In this document: piece after piece, positions 33,061 through 42,650 of the stretch
Numbering within the stretch: position 1 is the stretch's first letter
Layout of the letters: the number at the start of each line of letters is the position of its first letter
Origin: Patescibacteria group bacterium
GTDB taxonomy: Bacteria > Patescibacteriota > Microgenomatia > UBA8517
NCBI GenBank assembly: GCA_038206135.1
Contig: JBBRBD010000001.1
Coordinates: 65,919 to 129,918 of the forward strand
DNA: 64,000 bases
Direction of reading: 5' to 3'
The notes under the pieces: model-generated
Told to the model about the DNA's origin: nothing
What the model saw: the letters and a program-made list of their open reading frames with translations, nothing else
The model's database searches: none
Position numbers and translations under genes: made by a program

Positions 33061-33338
33061 ATACATCACAATCAGTTCAAAAAAAATATGTAATCCTTCC
33101 GGTTTTACTAGTCGCAGGAATTGTAATTACCTCAATTTTCACAACAGCCACATCATCGGTTCTCCAATCAGTAAAGAAGGATATTACTCGGGTGAATGTA
33201 GACACTGAACAAGTACAGGAAGAATTTCATTCAAAAACATCCCTCACTTCTTTATCTGGCAAAATTGCAGAATTAGGCTTCACAAAAGAAACTGCTGAAT
33301 ATATCAAGGGAGCTGGAACTCCTTTGGCATACCGCTAA
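33057..33338 (+). CDS. ftsL: FtsL-like cell division protein
   Basis: One TM plus coiled coil, ELGF end, position between rsmH and ftsI. Confidence 0.6.
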   Translation: MNTSQSVQKKYVILPVLLVAGIVITSIFTTATSSVLQSVKKDITRVNVDTEQVQEEFHSKTSLTSLSGKIAELGFTKETAEYIKGAGTPLAYR

Positions 33339-33339
33339 T

Positions 33340-35058
33340 ATGAAAGATCGGAGTCGTATTCTTGCTATTATTTTTTTAATTGGTGTTGCGGGCTTAGTGT
33401 CTCGCTTATTTTATTGGCAAATTGTTCAAGGACCATCGCTTTCTACTCTTGCCGCGGCACAACAAACAAGTAGAACAACATTAAAAGCAAAGCGGGGCGG
33501 AATATATTCTGACGACGGATCTGTGCTTACAGCATCTGCTGTTAGTTGGAAGTTATTTCTTTATCGTCCTCAATTTACTGGAAGTGAATCCGAACTAGTA
33601 AATAAACTAGCACCACTTCTTATTGATGATCAAACAAATATCCCTCTTTCGACCGCAAGTGAATCTGCTCGGCTTACCTCACTTCTTTCAAATAAGGAAG
33701 CTCAATGGATTCCATTGAAGCCGCAAATAAATAGAGATCAGAAAATGACTATCGATAACCTTGATATTGCAGGACTTGGTTTTGACGAGGCACAGACGCG
33801 AATGTATCCAGAAGCATCTATGAGTGCGCATCTGTTGGGGTTTCTTGGAAAGAATACAGATGGTGAAGATTTGGGTTACTTTGGTCTAGAAGGAAATTAT
33901 GATCTCTTATTATCTGGTAAAACCGGTGTTTCTGAGTCTCAATCGAATGCATTAGGAAGCGATGTTGTTTCTGATAATGATATAAAGCTAAATTCATATT
34001 CTGGTGCCGATTTGCTTACTAGTATAAATAAACCAATGCAGCTCTCAATCGAAAAACACTTAGCTGATGGATTGGCAAAGTATGAAGCTGAAGCGGGTAG
34101 TATTACTGTAATGGACCCTAAAACGGGTGAAATTCTTGCGATGTCGTCATTTCCAGCATATTCGCCACAAAAATATTTTGAAAGTTCAGATGAATTCTTT
34201 AGAGATCCTGTGATTTCAGATTCGTTTGAACCAGGTTCAATTATGAAACCAATTGTTATGGCCTCAGCTTTTGATGCACATCTGTTAGATCCGGATACTA
34301 CTTGTGATATTTGTAATGCTGCATATCATGTCGGGCCATATATTATTCGTACCTGGAATAATGAATATTTTGCGAATACTACAATGCGTGATGTCATCCG
34401 TCACTCAGACAATGTAGGAATGGTTTTTGTTGGCTTAAAGCTAGGGACAAACAGACTATATGACTATCTTTCAAAATTCGGTTTTGGAAAACTTACAAAT
34501 GTCGATTTACAGGGAGAATATGGTGCTCCAATGCGGAAGCTGTCGGAGTGGGGAGATGTCGAACGTGATACTGCGTCATTTGGACAAGGAATTGCTGTGA
34601 CTCCGATTCAAATGCTTTCTGCAATTTCTGTTATCGCAAATAATGGAGTGAGCGTAACTCCACACATAGTGAAGGCTGTGCAATTAGGCGATTGGAAGAA
34701 GGAAAAGACCTTCCCAAAAGGCATCAAAGTTATAAGCGCAGAAGCAAGCAGTGAAATGATAGATACAATGGTTTATGCAGTGGATGAAGGTGAGGCAAAA
34801 TGGGCTGTACCGAAAGGCTATGAAAAGATATTCGCTGGGAAAACTGGAACAGCTCAGGTTGCGGTTGATGGAAAGTATGATGATACAAAAACCAATGCCA
34901 GTTTTATTGGTTTTGGACCTGCAAACAACCCAAGATTTGCTATGTTAATTACCTTGAAACAGCCAAAGTCTTCTCCATGGGCGGCAGAAACCGCAGCTCC
35001 TTTGTGGTTCCAAACAGCAGTAGATGTAATGCGATATTTGGGGATACCTCCGAAGTGA
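33340..35058 (+). CDS. ftsI: Class B penicillin-binding protein (FtsI-like)
   Basis: EPGSIMK (SxxK), SDN, KTGTAQ. Confidence 0.9.
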   Translation: MKDRSRILAIIFLIGVAGLVSRLFYWQIVQGPSLSTLAAAQQTSRTTLKAKRGGIYSDDGSVLTASAVSWKLFLYRPQFTGSESELVNKLAPLLIDDQTNIPLSTASESARLTSLLSNKEAQWIPLKPQINRDQKMTIDNLDIAGLGFDEAQTRMYPEASMSAHLLGFLGKNTDGEDLGYFGLEGNYDLLLSGKTGVSESQSNALGSDVVSDNDIKLNSYSGADLLTSINKPMQLSIEKHLADGLAKYEAEAGSITVMDPKTGEILAMSSFPAYSPQKYFESSDEFFRDPVISDSFEPGSIMKPIVMASAFDAHLLDPDTTCDICNAAYHVGPYIIRTWNNEYFANTTMRDVIRHSDNVGMVFVGLKLGTNRLYDYLSKFGFGKLTNVDLQGEYGAPMRKLSEWGDVERDTASFGQGIAVTPIQMLSAISVIANNGVSVTPHIVKAVQLGDWKKEKTFPKGIKVISAEASSEMIDTMVYAVDEGEAKWAVPKGYEKIFAGKTGTAQVAVDGKYDDTKTNASFIGFGPANNPRFAMLITLKQPKSSPWAAETAAPLWFQTAVDVMRYLGIPPK

Positions 35059-35079
35059 GAGTACAATACTAAGAATTCT

Positions 35080-36213
35080 ATGAAAAAAATTGCAATCTGT
35101 TTCGGAGGAGTTTCACCAGAACATGAGGTTTCTATTATCACAGGACTTCAAGTAATTGAGCATATTGATACTACACAGTATCAATCCTATCCGCTTTATG
35201 TTTCTAAAACTGGCCAATTCTACTATTTGTTAAATGTAGGGTCCAGGACTGATTTCTTAAATGCTTCAAAAGTGCTTGTAAGTTTTGGTAAAGATCTAAA
35301 AGGTGGTTTTATGCAAACGTCTGGTTTTCTTTCAAAGAAAATTTATCTTGACGCAGCTTTTCTTGCATTTCATGGCGGAAACGGAGAATCAGGACAACTA
35401 GAAGGATTATTCGAATCCATTAGTGTTCCACACACAGGACATTCAGTCCTTACTTCAGCAATATCTATGAATAAACAAGTTACAAAAGAAATTGTAAGTT
35501 TACATAATGTAAAAACAATTGAGGGTCTTAGTTTTCAATCTAATGTAATAGCTCTAAATGCAGCCAAAGTAGCTCATATGGTCTGTCAAAAATTAAAATT
35601 ACCAGTTATCGTAAAACCGGCACATTTAGGATCGAGTATCGGTATTACTGTTTGTGAATCGGAAATTGCTGTGACTAAAGCATTACTTTTAAGTTCCAAA
35701 ATTGACACGGAAATTTTAGTAGAAAAATTGATGAAAGGTTTTGTTGAATATAATTGTGCAGTACGAACAATCGATGGGAAGATAGAAGTTAGCGAGATTG
35801 AGAAGCCAAATATGCAAGACGAAATATTATCTTTTAAAGATAAATATGAGCGAGGTGGTGGAAAGAAAACCGGAGGTATGGCTTCTTTAACTAGAGAACT
35901 ACCTGCAAAAGTCACATCTTCACTGAAAAAGGAAATTCAAGAAAAAGCAACATTAGTATATGAGTCGCTCCGTGCAACAGGAATGCTTCGTTGTGATTTT
36001 ATGTTTATAAATAAGACGCTATATTTAACAGAGGTAAATCCAATCCCTGGATCAATGTCATTCTATTTATGGGAAGCGAGTGGAATTAATTTTACTGATC
36101 AGATTACAGCAGCACTTCAGGAAGCTATCAATTTAGCAACAGTAGAAAATGATCAACAGCTTGATTATAAAACCGAAATTGTAAGCTCATTTGTTAATAG
36201 TACAAGTCGGTAA
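35080..36213 (+). CDS. ddl: D-alanine--D-alanine ligase
   Basis: FGGVSPEHEVS, HGGNGE, GSSIGI, KDKY, EVNPIPGS. Confidence 0.9.
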   Translation: MKKIAICFGGVSPEHEVSIITGLQVIEHIDTTQYQSYPLYVSKTGQFYYLLNVGSRTDFLNASKVLVSFGKDLKGGFMQTSGFLSKKIYLDAAFLAFHGGNGESGQLEGLFESISVPHTGHSVLTSAISMNKQVTKEIVSLHNVKTIEGLSFQSNVIALNAAKVAHMVCQKLKLPVIVKPAHLGSSIGITVCESEIAVTKALLLSSKIDTEILVEKLMKGFVEYNCAVRTIDGKIEVSEIEKPNMQDEILSFKDKYERGGGKKTGGMASLTRELPAKVTSSLKKEIQEKATLVYESLRATGMLRCDFMFINKTLYLTEVNPIPGSMSFYLWEASGINFTDQITAALQEAINLATVENDQQLDYKTEIVSSFVNSTSR

Positions 36214-37525
36214 GTTCTGGTTGAACTAGTAATATGTAACTCTTTGGTGAAAATTTTTGTTTTAGAATATGCCATGCTTCAGTCATATTTAGCGCAACTA
36301 TAGAATTTTCACTTTTGATTTCTGATGCGTAAATTGATTTCAATAAAATCACCAAATCAATGTGTGTATTAAGATATTCACCGTATTTAATATTTGAATC
36401 CTTGTTTTCAATTCCAAGCTCTGGGATGCCTGCCGTTATTACTATGGTTTTCATTCTTTTTTTGTGTCCTAGTCTAACTAGCTCATCTACAGCAGCACAT
36501 GCCGTCGTAAAACTAATATTATATGAATCATCAATAGCTTCATATCCATTCATATTCTGGTACTTTTGACGCCTGTCCGGGTGAGACAAATGCATGAGTG
36601 TATCGTCAATAATATCTTTCGTTGTTTTAAAGTTCTTTAGAACCTCTAAAGCCATGGAAAGATCTACTTTTCCTGTTTCACTCTCGATATTTGTTTGAAT
36701 TTGTTTTTTTGTTTTTTTAATTTGGATAACACTTTTTGAAATATTAATACCTATGTCTTCTATCTTTCTAAAATCGCTTTCAAAGACGTATTTTTTAGCA
36801 TTTTTATTTGTATAGTTAAAAACTTCTAAGATTGCTTGTGCCATGTTTTTTTGACTTCCAAATCGTTCTAAATGCTGATCTCCGATAGAAGTTATAATTG
36901 AAATATTAGGCTCAGTTATCAGGCAACTTCGTTTAATTTCTCCTAAGAAATAAGTGTCCATTTCAACCAAAAGTATTTCAGTTTTTTGTTCAAGATTTTT
37001 TATAATCCAAGCTGCAATTCCAGTAGGAGTATTTATGTTTCCTGGAATCATTTGTGTTTTGTAATCGTATTTAAGAAGCTCATGTAAGAAATTTTTTGTT
37101 GTAGTTTTTCCATATGAACCTGCAATAGCGATTATTTTCATGGGTGTGTGTGATAACACAGAAAGCTTTGCTTTTTGTTGTAATCGATATTTCATATATT
37201 CATAAAATCCGGCAAGCAATATATTAGAAAGAAGAACAAAAAGTGGAATTGATATCGGAATAAAAAATAGAATTAAATAACGTTGCAATACTAAAATCGT
37301 AACAATTGCGATTGTTGCTATTCCGATACTCAACAAAAATATTGTTTGAATTCTTGAAGTATATTTTAATGTGTCACGTTTTTGAATATTTCGACGAAAA
37401 TAAAACCGCTGCATTGTTTTAAAATATCGCGCATTATCATATTCTTCCAATTGAAGAATATACAAAAAATCTATGAATGGAAATATAATATTAAATTTTT
37501 TCAAGGAATTCTTTAACATAAGCAA
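36194..37525 (-). CDS. murF: MurF-like ligase with N-terminal TM segments
   Basis: AGSYGKTTTK, NTPTG, VEMD, IGDQHLERF, IDDSYN, ITAGIPELG. Confidence 0.8.
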   Translation of the reverse strand: MLMLKNSLKKFNIIFPFIDFLYILQLEEYDNARYFKTMQRFYFRRNIQKRDTLKYTSRIQTIFLLSIGIATIAIVTILVLQRYLILFFIPISIPLFVLLSNILLAGFYEYMKYRLQQKAKLSVLSHTPMKIIAIAGSYGKTTTKNFLHELLKYDYKTQMIPGNINTPTGIAAWIIKNLEQKTEILLVEMDTYFLGEIKRSCLITEPNISIITSIGDQHLERFGSQKNMAQAILEVFNYTNKNAKKYVFESDFRKIEDIGINISKSVIQIKKTKKQIQTNIESETGKVDLSMALEVLKNFKTTKDIIDDTLMHLSHPDRRQKYQNMNGYEAIDDSYNISFTTACAAVDELVRLGHKKRMKTIVITAGIPELGIENKDSNIKYGEYLNTHIDLVILLKSIYASEIKSENSIVALNMTEAWHILKQKFSPKSYILLVQPELTDLYY

Positions 37526-38174
37526 AATATAGATATTGATGTGTTACAAAACTGTTATGACCCGCATTTTTGATAATTGAAAGCTGTCCCTTTAAAGTCA
37601 ATTCTAATGCTTTTCTTGCAACTATTAGAGGGGCTTCAGTATCCAACTCTCCCCACAAAAATAGTGTGGGTACTACAATTTTAGGTAAATACCTCGATTG
37701 ATCGAATATAACAGCATTACGCCATATTGCACCTAATCCTGATTTCTCTGCATGTTTGAGTTCTTGAGAGTATAAAGTAGACTTTAATTTTTTTGGAAAT
37801 ATATTTTTAATCGACTTAAAGATTTTATTTTTGATCTGAATATCTTTTTTCGGAAGATATAGGAGCGGAGCACCTGAGAGAATAATTCCTTTTAAGTTAC
37901 GAGGCTTTTGTGAAGCTATATAAGCTGCGAGTCTTCCACCGAAAGAATGTCCCAAAATTACGATTTTCTCATTCGAATATTTTTTTATATGTAGATTTAC
38001 CCATGTCGCATAGTCAGGTATACCCCAATCAGAACCCTGTAGAGGTTCTTTTCCAAATCCAGGTAAATCAAAGCTAATAACGCTTTTAACATCTTTTAGT
38101 GTTTCAAGTTTGATTTTAAGCATATCAAAGTCTGAAGCTTGCTGTCCCCATCCATGTAAAATAATAATATTCAT
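37491..38174 (-). CDS. Alpha/beta hydrolase
   Basis: LHGWG, DLPGFG, GHSFGG nucleophile, WGELD, AGH. Confidence 0.9.
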   Translation of the reverse strand: MNIIILHGWGQQASDFDMLKIKLETLKDVKSVISFDLPGFGKEPLQGSDWGIPDYATWVNLHIKKYSNEKIVILGHSFGGRLAAYIASQKPRNLKGIILSGAPLLYLPKKDIQIKNKIFKSIKNIFPKKLKSTLYSQELKHAEKSGLGAIWRNAVIFDQSRYLPKIVVPTLFLWGELDTEAPLIVARKALELTLKGQLSIIKNAGHNSFVTHQYLYFAYVKEFLEKI

Positions 38175-38287
38175 ACTGTTTATTATACGTAAAATTAAAG
38201 ATAAATCATAAAAACAACAATGCTAAATTTTGAACTATATCTTATAATGTGATAATATTGTGTATTGTAATTTTACTTTAAGGTCAC

Positions 38288-38995
38288 ATGAAGACAAAGC
38301 TTACATTTTCGAAATTTTTACATCAAACACTAGGTTGGACTATTTCTCAGGGAAGAGCTGTTTTAAATTTCGTAACTATTTTATCACTCCATCCCGGCAC
38401 ACATGAAATTTCACCAGCTCCAAAGTATGTTAGTCAACTTGCCGGTTCTGATAAGGATTCAATTCAAATGGTTTACGGTAAAATCGTTGATAAAACTGCT
38501 CAAAAGCGTTTTGGAGCAAGCAATGTAACAGATTTTAGTTATTGGGCATGGCGTTCATGTGCCATAGCAGGATTACAAATGATTCTTGCCGCATGTGTCA
38601 ATAAGAAATTTCACAAGTCAACAATGCAATTAGTTGAGGAAGCGCTTAGCTTTGGGGGATATAACATTAAAAATGACACTGGATGGTATCATTTGGCACT
38701 TATTAAACTGGCCAATAAATATGGAATAAAAGCCCATTCTGAGAAATTTGTGCACTATACGGATATTGTGCTGCACATTATGTCGAATAATTATGTATTG
38801 GCTTCACTGACAAGTGATCACGGTGGACATTTACTATTAATCTATGGCTTTACTATTCTAAATGGTCGAGTAGTTTCATTCACGACGCATGATCCAAATG
38901 ATTACCAACAAAAAGGTGAAGGTAGAGTTTATACATTGGGTGAATTTAACAAATTGTTTACTCGTCGCATAATTGTCTTTAGACAGGGGAAGTAA
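38288..38995 (+). CDS. Papain-like C39-family peptidase
   Basis: Putative triad RSCAIA (Cys), GGHLLLIYG (His), HDP (Asp). Confidence 0.7.
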   Translation: MKTKLTFSKFLHQTLGWTISQGRAVLNFVTILSLHPGTHEISPAPKYVSQLAGSDKDSIQMVYGKIVDKTAQKRFGASNVTDFSYWAWRSCAIAGLQMILAACVNKKFHKSTMQLVEEALSFGGYNIKNDTGWYHLALIKLANKYGIKAHSEKFVHYTDIVLHIMSNNYVLASLTSDHGGHLLLIYGFTILNGRVVSFTTHDPNDYQQKGEGRVYTLGEFNKLFTRRIIVFRQGK

Positions 38996-38997
38996 TA

Positions 38998-39684
38998 TTG
39001 AATACATCAGTTGGTTATCGATTGATTGGTCTTGGAAATAACGACACTTTGCAAAATCTGAAAAGTATTGAATCCGATCGAATCAACACTTTAATTTGGC
39101 AGGAAAGTGTTTGGTACGAGAAAAGTGTGATTCGGAGTGAAATCGATGCGCTCAACAAGGGAGTACTAATTGAAGTTTCAGATGATGGAGATAGATATCG
39201 TCTTATCTGGACTTTAAGGACACGTACACAACCAAAATCACTCACACCAAAAGCGTTTATACTTTTATTAGAATTGCTCAATATTTGGTATGAGTCGCTT
39301 AAAAACTACGATGGAATTGATAATATATATCTATCAATTTCTTCGTTGTACCGTACTCTGGATCTACAGTCTGAATTGAGCAAAACAACGCACATGGCGT
39401 CCACTGGTTTTAGTTCGCACACAACGGGAATGGCATTTGATATACATGCACGTGGGTACTACTCAGGGTACGATCGTCATTCGGTTGTAGCTTTAAGTGA
39501 AGAATTTGACCCGCTATACATTAATGTAATAAAGGCCATTTTAGAGAATGCTGAAAAGCAGGGTTTATGTCATGTGATAGTGGAGAAAGGGTATCGTCTT
39601 GAAATAGACACAGTTATTGAATACGACGCTTGTTATCATGTTTGCGTCTCGCCAGATTTTTTAACTAAGGCTCGGGATATTTAA
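38998..39684 (+). CDS. Zn peptidase of M15/DD-peptidase fold (DUF5715-like)
   Basis: SLYRT, SSHTTGMAFDI (HxxxxxxD), distal CYHV; TTG start. Confidence 0.65.
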   Translation: MNTSVGYRLIGLGNNDTLQNLKSIESDRINTLIWQESVWYEKSVIRSEIDALNKGVLIEVSDDGDRYRLIWTLRTRTQPKSLTPKAFILLLELLNIWYESLKNYDGIDNIYLSISSLYRTLDLQSELSKTTHMASTGFSSHTTGMAFDIHARGYYSGYDRHSVVALSEEFDPLYINVIKAILENAEKQGLCHVIVEKGYRLEIDTVIEYDACYHVCVSPDFLTKARDI

Positions 39685-39696
39685 TCCGAGCCTTTT
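39667..39696 (+). terminator. Intrinsic terminator after the peptidase pair
   Basis: AAGGCTCGG/CCGAGCCTT stem with T tract. Confidence 0.55.
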
Positions 39697-39742
39697 AATC
39701 TTCAAAAAAAACAGGTAAATGATACACTCTGTCTAGGATATT

Positions 39743-41251
39743 ATGAATCAAGTACCTCTTCACACACTAATACAAAATATTCAGATTATTGAGACACATG
39801 GGAGTTTACACGTTAATGTCTTAGGTATAACCTCAAATTCAAAGAAAGTTTTATCTAATTTTGCATTTGTTGCTGTGCGCGGACTTACAGTCGATGGTCA
39901 CAAGTTCATAGACAAGGCCATTGCTGCAGGTGCTATTGTTGTTATTGGCCAAAAACCATTTTTAGAAATTGAGGCATCAAGTATTTCAAAAGTGACATAT
40001 GTTCAGGTTACAAATTCGAAAGAAGATTTAGGGGTTCTTTGTTCAAATTTCTATGATAATCCTTCAGATAAATTGAAGATAATCGGAGTTACAGGTACCG
40101 ACGGAAAAACAACTACAAGTCATCTTATATTTTCAATTTTAAAAGCTAGCGGGTTCAAGACAGGTATGATTTCGACGCTTGGTGCTTATATCGAAAGTGA
40201 AAAAATAGAAACTGGTCTACATGTAACAAGCCCGGACGCAGAAGATGTGCAATATCTATTGTCACAAATGCGTTTGAATGGGGTTACACATGCTGTTCTT
40301 GAAGTAACTTCTCACTCGATTGATCAGGATCGGTTCTCTGGTGTGCACTTTGACGTTTCAGTTATTACAAACATAACTCACGAACACTTGGATTATCACA
40401 AAACTTTTGAAAACTATCGTGACACAAAATTAAGATTATTTCTAACATCTGAATATTCAATATTAAATATGGATGATCCATCATTTAATTATTTTAAAGG
40501 TAAACTTTTTAATAAAAATGTCTACACATACTCAAAATTAAGAATCGCAGATTATTATTCGACAAACATTGTAAATGACGGGACTATGTCATTTACTTTA
40601 AATACAAGTTTAACAAAAGAACATGTTTCAACTAATCTTGTAGGGGAATTCAATATATCAAACTGTCTTGCCGCGGCATCTGCCACACTAAGTATTGGCT
40701 GTAGAATATCTACTGTAGTCAATGCACTAAGTGTTTTTATATCGCCAGAAGGTCGTATGGAATTAATACCCAATAATATTGGACTAAAGATAGTAGTAGA
40801 TTTTGCACATACTCCGAATGCGCTTTTAAATCTTTTAAAAACGCTTAAATCTGAATTGTTAAATGGACACAAGTTGATTGTTGTCTTTGGATGTGCAGGG
40901 GAACGTGATAATTCTAAGCGTAAGTTGATGGGAAATGTAGCTGGCGAAATTGCAGATATCTCAGTTGTAACAACTGAGGATCCAAGACATGAATCAGTCG
41001 ACTTAATTAGCCGTGAAATTATTTCAGGAATAAAAGAGAAAAAAGGTGAATATAAAAGAATTGATGACAGGGGAGATGCTATCTTTCAGGCAATTAATGT
41101 TATTGCAATAAGTGGTGATATTGTTGTTGTTTCTGGAAAAGGTCATGAAAAATCAATGTCATTTGATGGAATTGAATATGAATGGTCAGATAAAAAAGCT
41201 ATCAAAGAAGCACTTAGCCAAAAAGTTTTAAAATTAAAACCGCTTAACTAA
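39743..41251 (+). CDS. murE: UDP-MurNAc-dipeptide:diamino acid ligase
   Basis: GVTGTDGKTT, EVTSH, EHLDYH, DFAHTP, FGCAGERD, EDPR, GKGHE. Confidence 0.95.
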   Translation: MNQVPLHTLIQNIQIIETHGSLHVNVLGITSNSKKVLSNFAFVAVRGLTVDGHKFIDKAIAAGAIVVIGQKPFLEIEASSISKVTYVQVTNSKEDLGVLCSNFYDNPSDKLKIIGVTGTDGKTTTSHLIFSILKASGFKTGMISTLGAYIESEKIETGLHVTSPDAEDVQYLLSQMRLNGVTHAVLEVTSHSIDQDRFSGVHFDVSVITNITHEHLDYHKTFENYRDTKLRLFLTSEYSILNMDDPSFNYFKGKLFNKNVYTYSKLRIADYYSTNIVNDGTMSFTLNTSLTKEHVSTNLVGEFNISNCLAAASATLSIGCRISTVVNALSVFISPEGRMELIPNNIGLKIVVDFAHTPNALLNLLKTLKSELLNGHKLIVVFGCAGERDNSKRKLMGNVAGEIADISVVTTEDPRHESVDLISREIISGIKEKKGEYKRIDDRGDAIFQAINVIAISGDIVVVSGKGHEKSMSFDGIEYEWSDKKAIKEALSQKVLKLKPLN

Positions 41252-42595
41252 TTCATTAAATTGTTCACCCCTATCGTATTCATTATTAAACAACCCGAAT
41301 GAAGCAAACGCAGGACTAAAAAGAATTACATCATCATGTTGGGCAATGTCCACTGATTTATTAAAGCCTTCTTCAAGAGTTGAAACAAAATGTGAAGGAA
41401 TAGAAAGTGACTCAATAGAAGATTTTATCTTATCTGTTCCTGATCCTGGTATAAGAATTACAGCTTTTACATATTCTGGAATTATTTTAATTAGTGTCGA
41501 CATATCAATGCTTTTATCCGTTCCTCCCATTAAAAGTACTACGTTTTTGTTTTTTGAAACTGCCTTGAGTCCAGCAATTGTTGCATCTGGCATTGTCGAT
41601 GTCGTGTCATTAAAAATTTTAATTCCATCTTTTTCTTTAATTAGCTGAAGTCTACCTTCTACACCCGTGAACAATTCAACAGCTGTTTTAATAGTTTCGT
41701 CAGGTACTTGAAGCATTCGAGCAGCTGCAATTGAAAGGACTGCATTATATCTGTTATGTTCACCAGGAATATATAAGTTCCATGAATCAGGAAAATTCTG
41801 TGAGCCAAAAATACTCAAGCTACTATGAATGTCATTTTTATATTGATTTAAAATAATATCTTTTGCTTGCTCGCCTAAAATAAAAAAATCTGAAGGTTTT
41901 TGATTCAAGAAAATATTTGCTTTATCAGAAAGATATTTATGTAGATCATTATTATAATAATTCATGTGATCCGGTAGAAATGTGGTAAAGACTGAAATGT
42001 GTGGGGATATTCTGTCTTCGCCAAATCCTTGTAATTGCCACGAATCAAGCTCCAAAACTGCAATATCACCATTTTTTATTTCAGATAGAAATGGAAGTGT
42101 TGCAACTCCTTTAATATTCCCACCAAGGAAAATTTTTGCATCACCTAAAATATGTTCAGTATATGCTCTCATAAGTATCTGATAAATTAAGTGTGTTGTT
42201 GTGGACTTTCCTCTCGTTCCAGTTATACCAATAATTTTAACCCCGTTCTGCATTGCAATTTTTGAAAAAAGAGCAGAACTCATTTCAATTGGTATCCCTT
42301 GTTTTTTTGCTTCAGATATGTGAACTGAATCAAGAGGTACTCCTGCAGACTTCAATATCATGTCTCTATTTTGAAAGTCTTCAATACGATGTTCTCCTAA
42401 TATAAATTTAATATTTTCGTATTTGCTTAGTTGAATAAGACTTTCTTGAAGTGCTTCTTTGTTTTTTAAGTCTGTAACAATTAAGTCGGCTCCACAATCT
42501 GCAAGAAAGGCAGCATCTCCAACACCTCTTCCTAAAACGCCAAGACCCATTAATGTTATTTTTTTGTTTTTAAAATATTTTTTGAAATCCACCAT
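41234..42595 (-). CDS. murD: UDP-MurNAc-L-Ala:D-Glu ligase
   Basis: MGLG, ITGTRGKST, GGNI, ELDSWQL, PDH, NDTTST, SPAFAS..RG; ATG 42595 preferred. Confidence 0.93.
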   Translation of the reverse strand: MVDFKKYFKNKKITLMGLGVLGRGVGDAAFLADCGADLIVTDLKNKEALQESLIQLSKYENIKFILGEHRIEDFQNRDMILKSAGVPLDSVHISEAKKQGIPIEMSSALFSKIAMQNGVKIIGITGTRGKSTTTHLIYQILMRAYTEHILGDAKIFLGGNIKGVATLPFLSEIKNGDIAVLELDSWQLQGFGEDRISPHISVFTTFLPDHMNYYNNDLHKYLSDKANIFLNQKPSDFFILGEQAKDIILNQYKNDIHSSLSIFGSQNFPDSWNLYIPGEHNRYNAVLSIAAARMLQVPDETIKTAVELFTGVEGRLQLIKEKDGIKIFNDTTSTMPDATIAGLKAVSKNKNVVLLMGGTDKSIDMSTLIKIIPEYVKAVILIPGSGTDKIKSSIESLSIPSHFVSTLEEGFNKSVDIAQHDDVILFSPAFASFGLFNNEYDRGEQFNELVKRF

Positions 42596-42611
42596 TTGTT
42601 TGCAATTACTG

Positions 42612-42645
42612 TATTTTACAACCACTTCGTGAAAAGTGTAAAATA
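42612..42645. promoter_or_regulatory. Symmetric divergent promoter between murD and mraY
   Basis: Inverted repeat TATTTTACA/TGTAAAATA gives TTTACA-18-TAAAAT on both strands. Confidence 0.55.
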
Positions 42646-42650
42646 AGCCT

